The notes beneath the pieces are model-generated. The model was given only the letters and a program-made list of their open reading frames with translations. It had not been told where the DNA came from and ran no database searches. The translations under genes were made by a program, and so were the position numbers. This document shows positions 49,360 through 59,527 of a stretch of DNA of 64,000 bases, in pieces (position 1 is the stretch's first letter; each line of letters begins with the position of its first letter). The DNA lies in contig CAYVTD010000008.1 in NCBI GenBank assembly GCA_964454445.1, positions 3,517 to 67,516 of the forward strand, read 5' to 3'. The stretch is from an uncultured Hyphomicrobiales bacterium (lineage in GTDB: Bacteria; Bacteroidota; Ignavibacteria; Kapaibacteriales; UBA2268).

Positions 49360-49497
49360 TTCAGTGCTGCAACCAAAAAGCAGTGCCATAGCTTTCCGGG
49401 TTAGCCAAAATGTTTCGTCATTGTAAACCACATCAATACTAACTTTGCCTTTAGGAGTTCAATAAATTTTAATTTCAGATGTGTTGCTTAAATCCAC
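49360..49497 (-). pseudogene. RhuM-family protein N-terminal remnant
   Basis: Manual translation from GTG 49497: VDLSNTSEIKIY*TPKGKVSIDVVYNDETFWLTRKAMALLFGCSTE, with an in-frame TGA at 49461-49459. Matches the RhuM pattern EIILY..DG...I.V...DET.WLTQ..MAELF. Confidence 0.7.
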
Positions 49498-49749
49498 TTT
49501 ATTTCTTCCCCTCAATTACTATATTCATAATTCTTAATTCAAAGAATCATTTATAAGAAATCCGCGTAAAGTATTTTTTCATCAACAATCATTATATGTT
49601 CATAAACATTTATTGACGAATTTCAAGGAATTTATTAATTTCTTTAACTATTAATTTTTCGAGAAGAATTGAATTCGAATGCGCTAATCTATTCAAACAA
49701 ACCGAGTTGATTAATTTTCTGGCATCTCGTAAAGGCGGGTCTGAAAAGC

Positions 49750-49778
49750 GTAGAGACAGATCTCAGACCTGTCTCTAC
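49750..49778. repeat. GTAG-type REP-like palindrome
   Basis: GTAGAGACAG-ATCTCAGAC-CTGTCTCTAC, a perfect 10-bp stem. Confidence 0.65.
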
Positions 49779-49807
49779 AAATTATCGTTTATTATGATAT
49801 TTCAATA

Positions 49808-51982
49808 TTAATAAGATTTATAATAATTGCTTCTTTTATCGTCGATTTCAGCATTTTCGCGAACCGAGCGGAACCAGTCATAGAAGGCTCTCTGTAATTG
49901 ATTATTTTGCATGCTTTTCTTGTACGAAATCATTTCTTCTTTTGTGAGCTTTGCAGGGTCAGATTGTTTACGCTCTTTTATTTCAACGATATACCATCCA
50001 TTTTCTCCTTTTATAGGAGGAAGGATCTTCATCAAGGGAGTAGTTTTAGAAAACACTGCTTGGTTGAAAAGCACATCTCTCCTAACACCGGAAGGAGATG
50101 AAGCCATTCTAAAGCTGGTGTCGCTAATAACTTTTAGCATAGAATCTGCGGCAGCGGCAGCTTTGAGCGAGCCATAGTTAGCGACTTTATTATAAATATT
50201 CTGTGCTCTGCTTTTTACGAGATCAACTTTTTTCTTTAAAACAAGTCTTTTCTTGATTTCTTCGGCTTTGTCTGCAAAAGGCGTTGTCCCTTTGCTGCGT
50301 TCCTCGGCAACTTGGACGACAACAATACCCTGATATTTCAATTCAAGAGGCTCAAGGAGGAAACCAGGCTTGTTCTGGAAAGCTATATCGGTTATATATT
50401 GTGAGTTGAGAATGGGCCTTTGATTTGTGAAAAACGGAGTTTCAATTGGATTGAGTTTCAATTTTTCGGCTATCTGAGTGAAATCCCCGCCATCTTGGAT
50501 CTGCTTGTGAAAGGCGTGTGCATCGCGGAAGATTTGGTTGCGGGTAGGTGTTGAGATGTTTACTTTTATTTCAATCTGCGACCATTTTAACTCATCGGAA
50601 ATCTTGTCAGTTACCTTAATAATGTGCCAGCCGTATTTAGTTTCAACAGGACCTGTTATCCCTCCGGAGTCTGTAGCGAAAGCAGCATCCTCAAACTCTT
50701 TGACCATTTTACCTTTAGTGAAATAACCGAGATCGCCACCTTTCGAGCCTGAGCCAGGATCTTTTGAATAGACCTGAGCTAGCGAATCGAAGGGCAAACC
50801 ACTTTTAGCAAGATTCATTATTCTGATTGCTTCTTCTTTCGAGGCTTCTTTATTTTCGCCAAACTCAATTAAAATATGACTTGCTTTGACTTGGGTGTTT
50901 TCTCCGCTCCGTTTATCGTCGAGCCGAAGGAAAAATTTACTATCACCAATAGTGATTGGACCGGTTATCTCGAGTTTGTTTAGTTCTAGAAGGTATTGTT
51001 TTAATTTCGGGTCAACATCACTTACTAGTGTGTAATCAACAGTTTCGCCACCTAATTCACTAACCCTGACGTCGAAGACACTATCTTTGGCTTCTGGAGT
51101 ATCAACTGACATAAGTGATGAATTCACCAGTTCTATCTTTTTTTCAGCACGAATGCTGTCGCCTTTCGATGGTTTTATTTCAAAAATAACATATCTTACA
51201 CGACGCATGTCCTTATCTATAAAAAGATGCTTGTATCTTTCATAATAATCTTTCACTTCCTTGTCGCTAACCGTAACCTGCTCATCAGGAATCTCTTGCG
51301 AATTGACAAAAATCAAATTGACATTTGCAGTGCTATTGTCGATAACATATTGATTTTTTGCAAAATCGTTAGGCATGATAGCCGATGATGTACCGGCGAG
51401 TAAAGAAATCGCTTGCCGTAGTTTTTGCTCCCGGAGTTGCCCTTCAATAGTCATAACTGTTTGTCGCCAATTGCTAAGTTGCTCGTCTTTTTGTTCTTGT
51501 GTCCAATCATCAGGAAATTTAATTTGTTCTGGATGGGTTACATACATCTGATAAGCTTGCTTGTTGAAACCAGTCGAATCAGTAAATAAATCGGCAAGCT
51601 GGCGGGGCGGATTCTCGAGCATAACATCTCTAATCTCTTCAGCAGTTACTTCGATGCCTGCTTTTTTAGCTTCCTGGCCCATCAAAATGTCTTCGACGAG
51701 CTGGTTCCAAACTTGTTTGCGAACTCTATCGTCATCGACTTCTTCGCCTTCTTGCACTTGAGCACGCTCTTTCTCGAGTTCTTCTTCCACTCTTTTTTCG
51801 TAATCTTTGTAATATATAGGTTCGCCATTTATTTTTGCAAGCACAGCTGTTTCGTAGTTTTGCCCCTGGCGAAGCAAAGTGCTTATGTCAGCATCTGATG
51901 CAACCATAAAACCGACGAAAATAATAGCAAAAGCAGCTAAAAAATAGGGAGAGGTACTCCGAATTTTTTCCATTGTTCCCAT
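49808..51982 (-). CDS. PpiD/SurA-like peptidyl-prolyl isomerase (parvulin)
   Basis: N-terminal MEKIRS + TM helix, SurA-N region, KASHILI..DPGSGSKGGDLGYF..MVKEFEDAAF..GPVETKYGWHII. Confidence 0.9.
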   Translation of the reverse strand: MGTMEKIRSTSPYFLAAFAIIFVGFMVASDADISTLLRQGQNYETAVLAKINGEPIYYKDYEKRVEEELEKERAQVQEGEEVDDDRVRKQVWNQLVEDILMGQEAKKAGIEVTAEEIRDVMLENPPRQLADLFTDSTGFNKQAYQMYVTHPEQIKFPDDWTQEQKDEQLSNWRQTVMTIEGQLREQKLRQAISLLAGTSSAIMPNDFAKNQYVIDNSTANVNLIFVNSQEIPDEQVTVSDKEVKDYYERYKHLFIDKDMRRVRYVIFEIKPSKGDSIRAEKKIELVNSSLMSVDTPEAKDSVFDVRVSELGGETVDYTLVSDVDPKLKQYLLELNKLEITGPITIGDSKFFLRLDDKRSGENTQVKASHILIEFGENKEASKEEAIRIMNLAKSGLPFDSLAQVYSKDPGSGSKGGDLGYFTKGKMVKEFEDAAFATDSGGITGPVETKYGWHIIKVTDKISDELKWSQIEIKVNISTPTRNQIFRDAHAFHKQIQDGGDFTQIAEKLKLNPIETPFFTNQRPILNSQYITDIAFQNKPGFLLEPLELKYQGIVVVQVAEERSKGTTPFADKAEEIKKRLVLKKKVDLVKSRAQNIYNKVANYGSLKAAAAADSMLKVISDTSFRMASSPSGVRRDVLFNQAVFSKTTPLMKILPPIKGENGWYIVEIKERKQSDPAKLTKEEMISYKKSMQNNQLQRAFYDWFRSVRENAEIDDKRSNYYKSY

Positions 51983-52059
51983 TGGTGATTCTCCTGTTTG
52001 TTTTTATAACTTAATTTGTTATTTTTCAATATTTCATTAATTGTAATTATAGCGAACTA

Positions 52060-52090
52060 CAAATTTAATCAGGTTTTTTTTAAAAACAAA
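52060..52090 (-). promoter_or_regulatory. Bacteroidota-type promoter for the ppiD-like gene
   Basis: Minus strand TTTG (52090-52087), N19, TAAATTTG (52067-52060). Confidence 0.6.
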
Positions 52091-52273
52091 CATATTTTTA
52101 ATATATACAAGCAAACGAACCATTTATTCTTGAATCTAATAAAACTGACATAAATAATACTTTACCTTTTTTCTGATTAGAAATTGCTGTGTAAAAAACA
52201 TTTTCATGAAACACAAATAAATACATTTTCCTTTCGTTTCAAAATTAATATTTTTAAATGGAAATTATTACTT

Positions 52274-53596
52274 ATGGAAGAACTTTTCACAAGCAAAACA
52301 TCTGAGACACAAGGGCATAATCCGCCTCTTGCCGACAGAATGAGACCAAAGACGATAGACGAGATATTAGGTCAGGAGCATATCTTAGGCAAAAACGCCC
52401 CCTTGCGTCATTTTTTCGAGCAAGCTGACTTTCCTTCAATGATTTTCTGGGGTCCACCCGGTACGGGCAAAACAACAATAGCACACATAATTTCCACATC
52501 TGCCGATTATTATTTTGTTCGCTTATCTGCCGTAGAAGCTGGTGTGAAAGATGTAAGACAGGTAATTACTGCTGCTGAGTCATATAAAAAGGGCGGCAGA
52601 AAAACACTGCTTTTCATCGACGAAATCCATCGTTTTAATAAATCGCAACAAGATGCCTTTTTGCATGCTGTGGAAAAGGGAATTATCACTCTCGTCGGTG
52701 CTACAACAGAAAATCCTTCTTTCGAAGTCAATTCTGCACTCTTAAGCAGATGCCAAGTCTATCGACTTCATTATTTGAAAGATGAAGAAATAATTAAACT
52801 TGTCGAAAGAGCTTTAAAAGATGACGAGATATTGAAAAAGCAAGAAATTGAGATTAACGATTGGCAATTTTTAACGACAATAGCTGGCGGCGATGCACGA
52901 ACAGCCCTGAATGCTCTCGAGCTTGCCCTGAAGATGTATCCTAAAAGCCAGAAAACGATAAAATTGACCAGACTCGATTTCGAACGGGCTTTGCAGCAAA
53001 AAACGGCAAGCTACGATAAAAAGGGAGAATCTCATTATGACACAATTTCAGCTTTTATCAAAACATTAAGAGGCTCTGACCCCGATGCCGCTTTGTTTTG
53101 GCTTGCAAAAATGCTCGATGCAGGCGAAGATCCGAAGTTTATTGCCCGTCGAATGGTCGTTTTCGCTTCTGAGGACATCGGCAATGCCGACCCTTTTGCC
53201 CTTTCGCTTGCAGTATCGGTTTTCCAAGCTGTTACGCTTATTGGAATGCCCGAATGTCGCATCAATCTAGCCCAAGGAGTAACTTATCTCGCTTCTTGTC
53301 CCAAATCGAATTCATCTTATTTCGGTATAAGCGCCGCTACGGAGCTTGTTAAAAGTGGCGCTCCGCTCATTGTGCCGCTTCATTTGCGAAATGCTCCAAC
53401 TGAATATATGAAAAAAGAGAGCTATGGAGAGAACTACAAGTATCCACATAGTTTTCCAGGTCATTTCATTAAAGAACATTATTTCCCAGACGATATGGAT
53501 CCCATAGTGTTCTATAAACCTGGCAATTTTGGGAAGGAAGCCAAGTTCAAAGAGCGATTGGAAACATTGTGGAAAGAAAGATATGAAAAAAAGTAA
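52274..53596 (+). CDS. rarA: Replication-associated recombination protein A (RarA/MgsA)
   Basis: [68 protein letters not shown]. Confidence 0.95.
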   Translation: MEELFTSKTSETQGHNPPLADRMRPKTIDEILGQEHILGKNAPLRHFFEQADFPSMIFWGPPGTGKTTIAHIISTSADYYFVRLSAVEAGVKDVRQVITAAESYKKGGRKTLLFIDEIHRFNKSQQDAFLHAVEKGIITLVGATTENPSFEVNSALLSRCQVYRLHYLKDEEIIKLVERALKDDEILKKQEIEINDWQFLTTIAGGDARTALNALELALKMYPKSQKTIKLTRLDFERALQQKTASYDKKGESHYDTISAFIKTLRGSDPDAALFWLAKMLDAGEDPKFIARRMVVFASEDIGNADPFALSLAVSVFQAVTLIGMPECRINLAQGVTYLASCPKSNSSYFGISAATELVKSGAPLIVPLHLRNAPTEYMKKESYGENYKYPHSFPGHFIKEHYFPDDMDPIVFYKPGNFGKEAKFKERLETLWKERYEKK

Positions 53597-53653
53597 AAAA
53601 AGCGTTTTTTAAGATAATAACGGGGTTGTCTCAAAAACAGAATTACTCCAAAA

Positions 53654-53675
53654 CAGACAGGTATATCTGTTCTAC
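53654..53675 (-). repeat. Degenerate GTAG-type REP-like sequence
   Basis: Minus strand GTAGAACAG-ATATAC-CTGTCTG, similar to the palindrome at 49750; lies between convergent genes. Confidence 0.35.
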
Positions 53676-53766
53676 CAGGTTTATCTATTTCAATAAACTT
53701 AGGCATTCTTGCCTTACAAATTATTTAAATAAAATCTTTTAAAATAGCCTTAACATAAAGAAAAAC

Positions 53767-54345
53767 TCAAGCAAAATTCGATTTGTCATCAGGCTTGAAC
53801 ATAACATTGTCTATAAGACTAATTGCCTCCTCTGAATTTGCCACAACTGTCCACACTTTTCCACGGCTTGTGGCCATAAATTTTTCGGATTCAGTTTTTA
53901 AAAGCATTTCAATTAATGGGTTAAAATAACCTTGCAAATTAACTATGATAATGGGAGAGATTATCAAACCGAGCCGCTTCCAGGTTATCGCCTGAAGGAG
54001 CTCGGAGAGGGTGCCTGTACTGCCTGGAAGAGCAACAATACAATCAGAATCGAGCATCATTGCCGCTTCGCGTTCGTGCATAGTTTTCACTTCGCGTAGC
54101 TCGGCAATTTTGTTGTGCCCAAGTTCGAGATTTTCCAAAAAATTAGGAATAACACCAATTACATTTCCGCCTTCGGCTAAAGCGCCGTCAGCAAGTCGCC
54201 CCATTAAACCGATATTGCCACCACCATAAATAATTGTTTTTCCGATTTGGGCTAATAGATGCCCAAGCTTTTCGGCTTCATCAAGATAGAATCTGTCGCA
54301 TTTGGCGCTAGCTCCACAAAAAACGCACACTTTATTAATTATCAT
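53767..54345 (-). CDS. LOG family (TIGR00730) nucleotide phosphoribohydrolase
   Basis: CVFCGAS, YGGGNIGLMG, GVIP, MHERE, ALPGSTGTLSEL. Confidence 0.9.
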   Translation of the reverse strand: MIINKVCVFCGASAKCDRFYLDEAEKLGHLLAQIGKTIIYGGGNIGLMGRLADGALAEGGNVIGVIPNFLENLELGHNKIAELREVKTMHEREAAMMLDSDCIVALPGSTGTLSELLQAITWKRLGLIISPIIIVNLQGYFNPLIEMLLKTESEKFMATSRGKVWTVVANSEEAISLIDNVMFKPDDKSNFA

Positions 54346-55636
54346 TGGCTTGTCTTTTTCTTAGCTTGTCAATACCTTTTTTCCCAATATCATTACGATA
54401 ATATTTATTTTGAAAGTCGATTATTTCAACATATTTATATGCCTTTGCGACTGCGCTTTCTATATTCTCATCTATAGCAGTAACAGCCAACACACGCCCT
54501 CCTGCACTAAATAAATGCTCCATTTCTGCCTTAGTGCCTGCGTGAAAGACTAAGGCACCTTGCTCTTCTGCCTCAGCAATGCCTGATATTTCAAAATGAC
54601 TATCATATTTATCAGGATAACCCTCAGAGGCAAGCACAACGCAACAACTAGCCCCTGATTGAATGTTCTCGACTTTTGAACTATCAAGTTTACCAATTGC
54701 TGCTGAATATAATAGACCGGCAAAATCTCCTTTGAACAAGGGTAAGACTGCTTGTGTTTCCGGATCACCAAATCTAACATTGAACTCGATTACAAACGGT
54801 TCGCCATTTTTAATCATAAGTCCGGCATAAAGGCAGCCAACAAAAGGAAAACCTTCGTTAATAGCTCCTTCTATGGTTGGCTTAATAATCAAATGTTCAA
54901 TTTTTAACCTCAACCCGCTAGTAATAATCGGAGCAGGCGCATAAGCACCCATTCCGCCAGTATTTTTGCCTTTATCACCATCAAAAATTCGTTTATGGTC
55001 TTGCGAAGATGCAAGAGTAATAAAGTCTTTGCCATCAGAAACAGCTAATATCGATGCTTCTTCGCCTTCAAGATATTCTTCGACAACAATGCTATCACCT
55101 GCCGATTTGAAAATACCGCCAAATATAGCATCTATTGTCTCTAAAGCTTCTTGATGTGTTTCAGCTACAACAACACCTTTCCCCGCCGCTAACCCATCAG
55201 CCTTTAAAACAACAGGTAGCTTTGCATTTTTTAAATAATCGCGAGCTAAGTCACGCTCTTCTTTTGAAAAAGAAGCAAATCCAGCAGTCGGAATGCTATG
55301 CCGCTGCATAAATCTCTTAGCAAAGGTTTTTGATGATTCTAATCGTGAGGCTAATTTGCTGGGTCCGAAGACCTTAATACCCGCGTGATTTAAAATATCT
55401 GATAACCCATCTGCCAATGGTTGCTCCGGACCAACAACAACTAAAGATATTGAATTTGACTTGCAAAAGTTGATAACTGTTTCAACTGCTTTTAATTCAA
55501 TATCAGCATATTCAGCATATTGGAAGATTCCAGGATTGCCGGGAAAGCAAAAAAGTTTATCTAAAGAGTTTGAATGATAAAGAGCATAAGCTAAAGCATG
55601 TTCTCTGCCGCCGCCGCCAATTAATAAAACATTCAT
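54335..55636 (-). CDS. purD: Phosphoribosylamine-glycine ligase
   Basis: GGGGREHAL, VVGPEQPL, LESSK, KADGLAAGKGV, QDHKR, NTGGMGAY, EFNVRFGDPE, GGRVL. Confidence 0.98.
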   Translation of the reverse strand: MNVLLIGGGGREHALAYALYHSNSLDKLFCFPGNPGIFQYAEYADIELKAVETVINFCKSNSISLVVVGPEQPLADGLSDILNHAGIKVFGPSKLASRLESSKTFAKRFMQRHSIPTAGFASFSKEERDLARDYLKNAKLPVVLKADGLAAGKGVVVAETHQEALETIDAIFGGIFKSAGDSIVVEEYLEGEEASILAVSDGKDFITLASSQDHKRIFDGDKGKNTGGMGAYAPAPIITSGLRLKIEHLIIKPTIEGAINEGFPFVGCLYAGLMIKNGEPFVIEFNVRFGDPETQAVLPLFKGDFAGLLYSAAIGKLDSSKVENIQSGASCCVVLASEGYPDKYDSHFEISGIAEAEEQGALVFHAGTKAEMEHLFSAGGRVLAVTAIDENIESAVAKAYKYVEIIDFQNKYYRNDIGKKGIDKLRKRQANDN

Positions 55637-55683
55637 TGTGTTAATTGGAAGTATTTAAAAAAGAATAATCAACGATTGTCCGT

Positions 55684-56019
55684 TTATGATAAAAGAATTT
55701 CGAGGCTGCGCTTCACATTTTTTTCATATAAATTATATTCATTGTCTGCCATTATAATCTCCATCACTTGCTTCATAAGCTGCTCTTTTTCTTCAGGCTT
55801 AGAACAGTACTTCTGTCCAAGCTTCATAATCAACTGAACGTTGTCAAAGTCAGAATTAAAATGATGCAAGCGCTTAAGCTCGCGTAATCTTTGCAATGGG
55901 ATTGCCTCTTCGAGCATTCTGTTCTCTTCAACGCTTATATCGAAGTCAGCTTTTGCGACATGCAATAATACAAATCCAATAAAATCCTCATAAGTCCAAT
56001 TCTCTAACTCTTTTTCCAT
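55684..56019 (-). CDS. TerB-like family protein
   Basis: LLHVAKADFDISVEE...MEIIMADNEYNLYE, the duplicated TerB A-D-x-x-x-x-x-E pattern. Confidence 0.6.
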   Translation of the reverse strand: MEKELENWTYEDFIGFVLLHVAKADFDISVEENRMLEEAIPLQRLRELKRLHHFNSDFDNVQLIMKLGQKYCSKPEEKEQLMKQVMEIIMADNEYNLYEKNVKRSLEILLS

Positions 56020-56198
56020 AAAAGCACCTCAATGAAAATTACGAAAAACAATAATTGTAAAAACAACACTATGTAATTTAACATAAAACTATAATTAAAA
56101 CAAATAAAGCCAATCCTGAAATAGTATGATTAGCATTATTTATTTAATTCGTAAAATTTTTGAGAAAAAGAATCAAACAAAGGCATAAGATAAATGCC

Positions 56199-56636
56199 TT
56201 ATGCTAATCCGCCTTCGATGTAATCCCGCAAATATTTATTTTCTGCAGAAATATGCTTAAATTTTGTTTTGACAATGTCGCCAATGGAGATAATACCAAT
56301 CAGAATTTTATCGGAGACAACAGGTAAATGCCGCACTTTATTCTGGGTCATAATAGATTCGACATACTCAATATCGTCGTTTGGCTCGACAATTAAAAGG
56401 TTCTTAGTCATAATCTCTTTCACTTGTCTTTCTTTTATAGATTCTATATCTTCAAAAGCAAAACGAACAATATCCCTTTCGGAGAGGATACCAACAATTT
56501 TCGCATCAGAATTTAAAACGAGCAATGCGCCAACGCGATTGTTAACAAGTACTCTCATTGCATCAAAAACCGGCTTATCTTCACCGATGGTAAACACTTC
56601 GGGACCTTTCTGCCGCAATATTTCTCTTACTTTCAT
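56199..56636 (-). CDS. CBS-pair domain protein
   Basis: VGALLV, GILSERD, VRHLPV, GIISIGDIVK. Confidence 0.92.
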   Translation of the reverse strand: MKVREILRQKGPEVFTIGEDKPVFDAMRVLVNNRVGALLVLNSDAKIVGILSERDIVRFAFEDIESIKERQVKEIMTKNLLIVEPNDDIEYVESIMTQNKVRHLPVVSDKILIGIISIGDIVKTKFKHISAENKYLRDYIEGGLA

Positions 56637-56748
56637 TCTAACGCTCCTTTATTATAAATTGTTTGATTTTTAATATATTCATGTAATTAATGAAGTTTAT
56701 GCTAATAAAATATTTTTAAAAAATATTTCAATACTTTATTAATATTTT

Positions 56749-57056
56749 AGATTATCGCGACTTGTTTCTAACTATCTTTTCTACAATCATTCGCTCAAAC
56801 ACGAACTCAAAGGCACAAAACCTCCATCCGTTGAGTTTAGCTCGGCTGTCTCTATCAAAATGATTGTCGATAAGGTTGCAGAATTATATGGTGGCGCTTC
56901 GCGAATATAATTTGACATCAAATCGACTCAACTTAATATGAGTATGGAATATTTTCATAAAATAGTCGAAGAACTAACCGACAATGCCTTTAAATTTTCA
57001 GATGAACAAACAGACTCACCGAAATAATGGTTAGTCTCCCCATCGTAAGCAAATAA
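56749..57056 (+). pseudogene. Histidine-kinase (HATPase) remnant
   Basis: Manual translation: RLSRLVSNYLFY...RI*FDIK...YFHKIVEELTDNAFKFS (N-box), with TAA at 56908-56910. After a frame change comes TEIMVSLP (C-terminal strand). G1/F/G2 boxes are missing. Confidence 0.7.
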
Positions 57057-57224
57057 TATAAAAAAAATTTTTTGCAAAATTTAATATTTTATATTAATTT
57101 AGTGTTAAAGTATTTATTAAATTTAATAAATATAGTTTTAAATACATGTTTTTTTAAGTATACATATAAAAAGGATTTCATAGGATTATCTTTTTAGTTT
57201 TTATAATTTGAAATAACGAGCGAA

Positions 57225-57521
57225 ATGGCAAAATCATTAAGAGTAATAATTGGCGGCAAAGATTATGTCTTACGGGGAGAAGACGAATCCTTGTTGCAAA
57301 AAGTAACTCAAGAGGTCAATAGCCAATTAAGTTCGCTCGAGAAAAGTCATACTGATGAATCGGCTACAACACTTTCAATTTTAGCGGCGCTCAACATCGC
57401 CGAAAAGCATTATAAATATTTAGAACAAGATACAGATAGCAATAGATATATTATCAATGAACTTAATGCTATGAGTGAATTTTTGCAAAACAGCATGGAA
57501 TATAAAGTTGACAGATTGTAA
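57225..57521 (+). CDS. zapA: Cell division protein ZapA
   Basis: VIIGGKDYVL, VNSQL, SILAALNIAE; followed by 6S RNA and rny. Confidence 0.88.
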   Translation: MAKSLRVIIGGKDYVLRGEDESLLQKVTQEVNSQLSSLEKSHTDESATTLSILAALNIAEKHYKYLEQDTDSNRYIINELNAMSEFLQNSMEYKVDRL

Positions 57522-57590
57522 TTTGTTTTATATATTTGTTGGTTACTATGAGTTGTAAGTGTTCTTTGAAAGAATTATTAAGTTGTTATA

Positions 57591-57801
57591 GCCGTATTCG
57601 ACTAGATTGCACCACGTTTATAAAGAACCGTTAGTAAAACTAACAAGGGATTCATTCTCCAGTATTAAAACGCAGGCCTCAACCGCTCAAAAAAGCAGTT
57701 GCAAATTAGCACAGAGGAAGCATGCTAATGCCGGGATGTTGCCCACCGTGGAATATTGGGTTCTTTCACATCGTGATAGTCCTCAATCTAGTCGTTACGG
57801 C
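57591..57801 (+). ncRNA. ssrS: 6S RNA
   Basis: Rod-like fold: GCCGTA/TACGGC and CGACTAGATTG/CAATCTAGTCG close the ends, AAAGAACC/GGTTCTTT inner stem, GCTAAT hairpin mid-molecule, T9 tail; syntenic between zapA and rny. Confidence 0.85.
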
Positions 57802-57862
57802 TTTTTTTTTACATATTCTTCTTTATGAAGAAACAAATAACTGGGAGCAAAGGAGTTAACTA

Positions 57863-59428
57863 ATGAACGAAATGATTATTGTGGCTGTTTTGAGCATCGT
57901 TGGGCTTATCGGCGGTTTTGCCGTCGCATATTTTATGGCTCAAAAAATTATGGCAGCCAAGATTAAAGAAGCAGAAGACAGTGCCAAAAAAATTATTAAA
58001 GATGGCGAAAAAGAAGCCTCTAGCTTGAAAAAAGAAAAACTGCTCGAAGTGAAAGAAGAATGGCACAAAAAGAAACAAGAATTTGAAAACGAGACTCAAA
58101 CTAGACGTGCTAAAACACAAATCCTCGAAAAGCAACTTAAGGCAAGAGAAGAATCTCTCGATAGTTCGGCTGAAGCAAATACAAAAAAAGAAAAGCAATT
58201 GCAAATCCTCGAAACAGAATTAAGCAAAAAGCAATCTACCTTGGATAAACGACTCAACGAAACTGCCCATATTATCGAAGAGCAAAGCAAGGAACTCGAG
58301 CGAATTAGCGGACTTAACCGCGAAGAGGCAAAAAAGCAATTAACAAACAGTTTAATTAACGATGCCAAGCAAGAAGCTGCTGCATTTATTAAGCAAATTC
58401 GAGACGAAGCAAAGAAAACTGCCCATAAAGAAGCACAATATATTATTGTAGATGCTATCCAGCGAACCGCCTCCGACCACAGCGTCGAAAGCACTGTTTC
58501 TGTCGTTAGTTTGGATAGCGACGAGATGAAAGGCAGAATAATCGGTAGAGAAGGACGCAACATCCGCGCTTTCGAATCGGCAACAGGCATCGATCTGATT
58601 ATCGACGATACACCCGAAGCAGTTGTCATTTCAGGTTTCGACCCATTCCGGCGAGAAGTCGCCAAACGTTCTTTGGAGCGCCTTATGGAAGATGGCAGGA
58701 TCCATCCCGCAAGAATCGAAGAAGTCGTAACAAAATCCAAAAAAGAACTCGAAGAAGAAATTTTTAGCGTCGGAGAAACTGCCATGCTTGACCTAGGAAT
58801 TCACAACATCCACCCCGAATTGATAAAACTCATCGGAAAGATGAAATATCGCTCGAGTTATGGTCAGAATCTTTTAAGCCATTCTATCGAGGTTGCCCAT
58901 CTTTGCGGGCTTATGGCTTCCGAACTTGATATCGACGCTACTATGGCAAAACGCGCAGGACTCTTGCACGATATTGGCAAATGCGTCGATCAAAACACTG
59001 AGGGCCCGCATGCGCTTATAGGCTTCGAAATAGCAAAAAAATACAAAGAGCCTCGTTTTGTTACTAACGCTATCGGTGCGCACCACGAAGATATGGAAAT
59101 GGAGTCGCCCATCGCAGTGCTTGTGCAAGCTGCTGATAGCATTAGCGGTGCCAGGCCGGGAGCTAGGCGGGAATCACTAGAAAACTACGTAAAGCGCCTC
59201 GAAAAACTCGAGAACCTTGCTCAAGGTTTCGACGGTGTTTCAAAGACTTATGCTATCCAGGCAGGCAGGGAAATCCGCGTCATTGTCGAGCCAGACCACG
59301 TGGACGACCTAACAGCAGATCGTATGGCTGACGACATTGCAAAACGTATCGAAAGCGAAATGGAATATCCCGGGCAAATCAAAGTTACGGTTATTCGCGA
59401 AAGAAGAAGCGTCTCTCTGGCAAAATAA
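57863..59428 (+). CDS. rny: Ribonuclease Y
   Basis: N-terminal TM helix, coiled coil, KH domain (MKGRIIGREGRNIR), HD domain (GLLHDIGK), ADSISGARPGAR, YAIQAGRE. Confidence 0.98.
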   Translation: MNEMIIVAVLSIVGLIGGFAVAYFMAQKIMAAKIKEAEDSAKKIIKDGEKEASSLKKEKLLEVKEEWHKKKQEFENETQTRRAKTQILEKQLKAREESLDSSAEANTKKEKQLQILETELSKKQSTLDKRLNETAHIIEEQSKELERISGLNREEAKKQLTNSLINDAKQEAAAFIKQIRDEAKKTAHKEAQYIIVDAIQRTASDHSVESTVSVVSLDSDEMKGRIIGREGRNIRAFESATGIDLIIDDTPEAVVISGFDPFRREVAKRSLERLMEDGRIHPARIEEVVTKSKKELEEEIFSVGETAMLDLGIHNIHPELIKLIGKMKYRSSYGQNLLSHSIEVAHLCGLMASELDIDATMAKRAGLLHDIGKCVDQNTEGPHALIGFEIAKKYKEPRFVTNAIGAHHEDMEMESPIAVLVQAADSISGARPGARRESLENYVKRLEKLENLAQGFDGVSKTYAIQAGREIRVIVEPDHVDDLTADRMADDIAKRIESEMEYPGQIKVTVIRERRSVSLAK

Positions 59429-59441
59429 GATGATATATTAC

Positions 59442-59478
59442 CAGCCCTTTCTTGCTTACAAGTCAGGGCTGTTTTTTT
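59442..59478 (+). terminator. Intrinsic terminator of rny
   Basis: CAGCCCT...AGGGCTG stem with inner CTTG/CAAG, followed by T7. Confidence 0.75.
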
Positions 59479-59527
59479 CTAGTAAAACCAAAAAAAAACA
59501 TCAAGCAAAAAAATAAGTAAAAAAGAC

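Noticed and set aside
53624-53638. GGGGTTGTCTCAAAA resembling an IS terminal repeat
   Set aside because: Single short match with no partner repeat and no transposase.
57607-57828. 73-aa ORF in the track
   Set aside because: It lies on top of the 6S RNA structure and has no protein motif.
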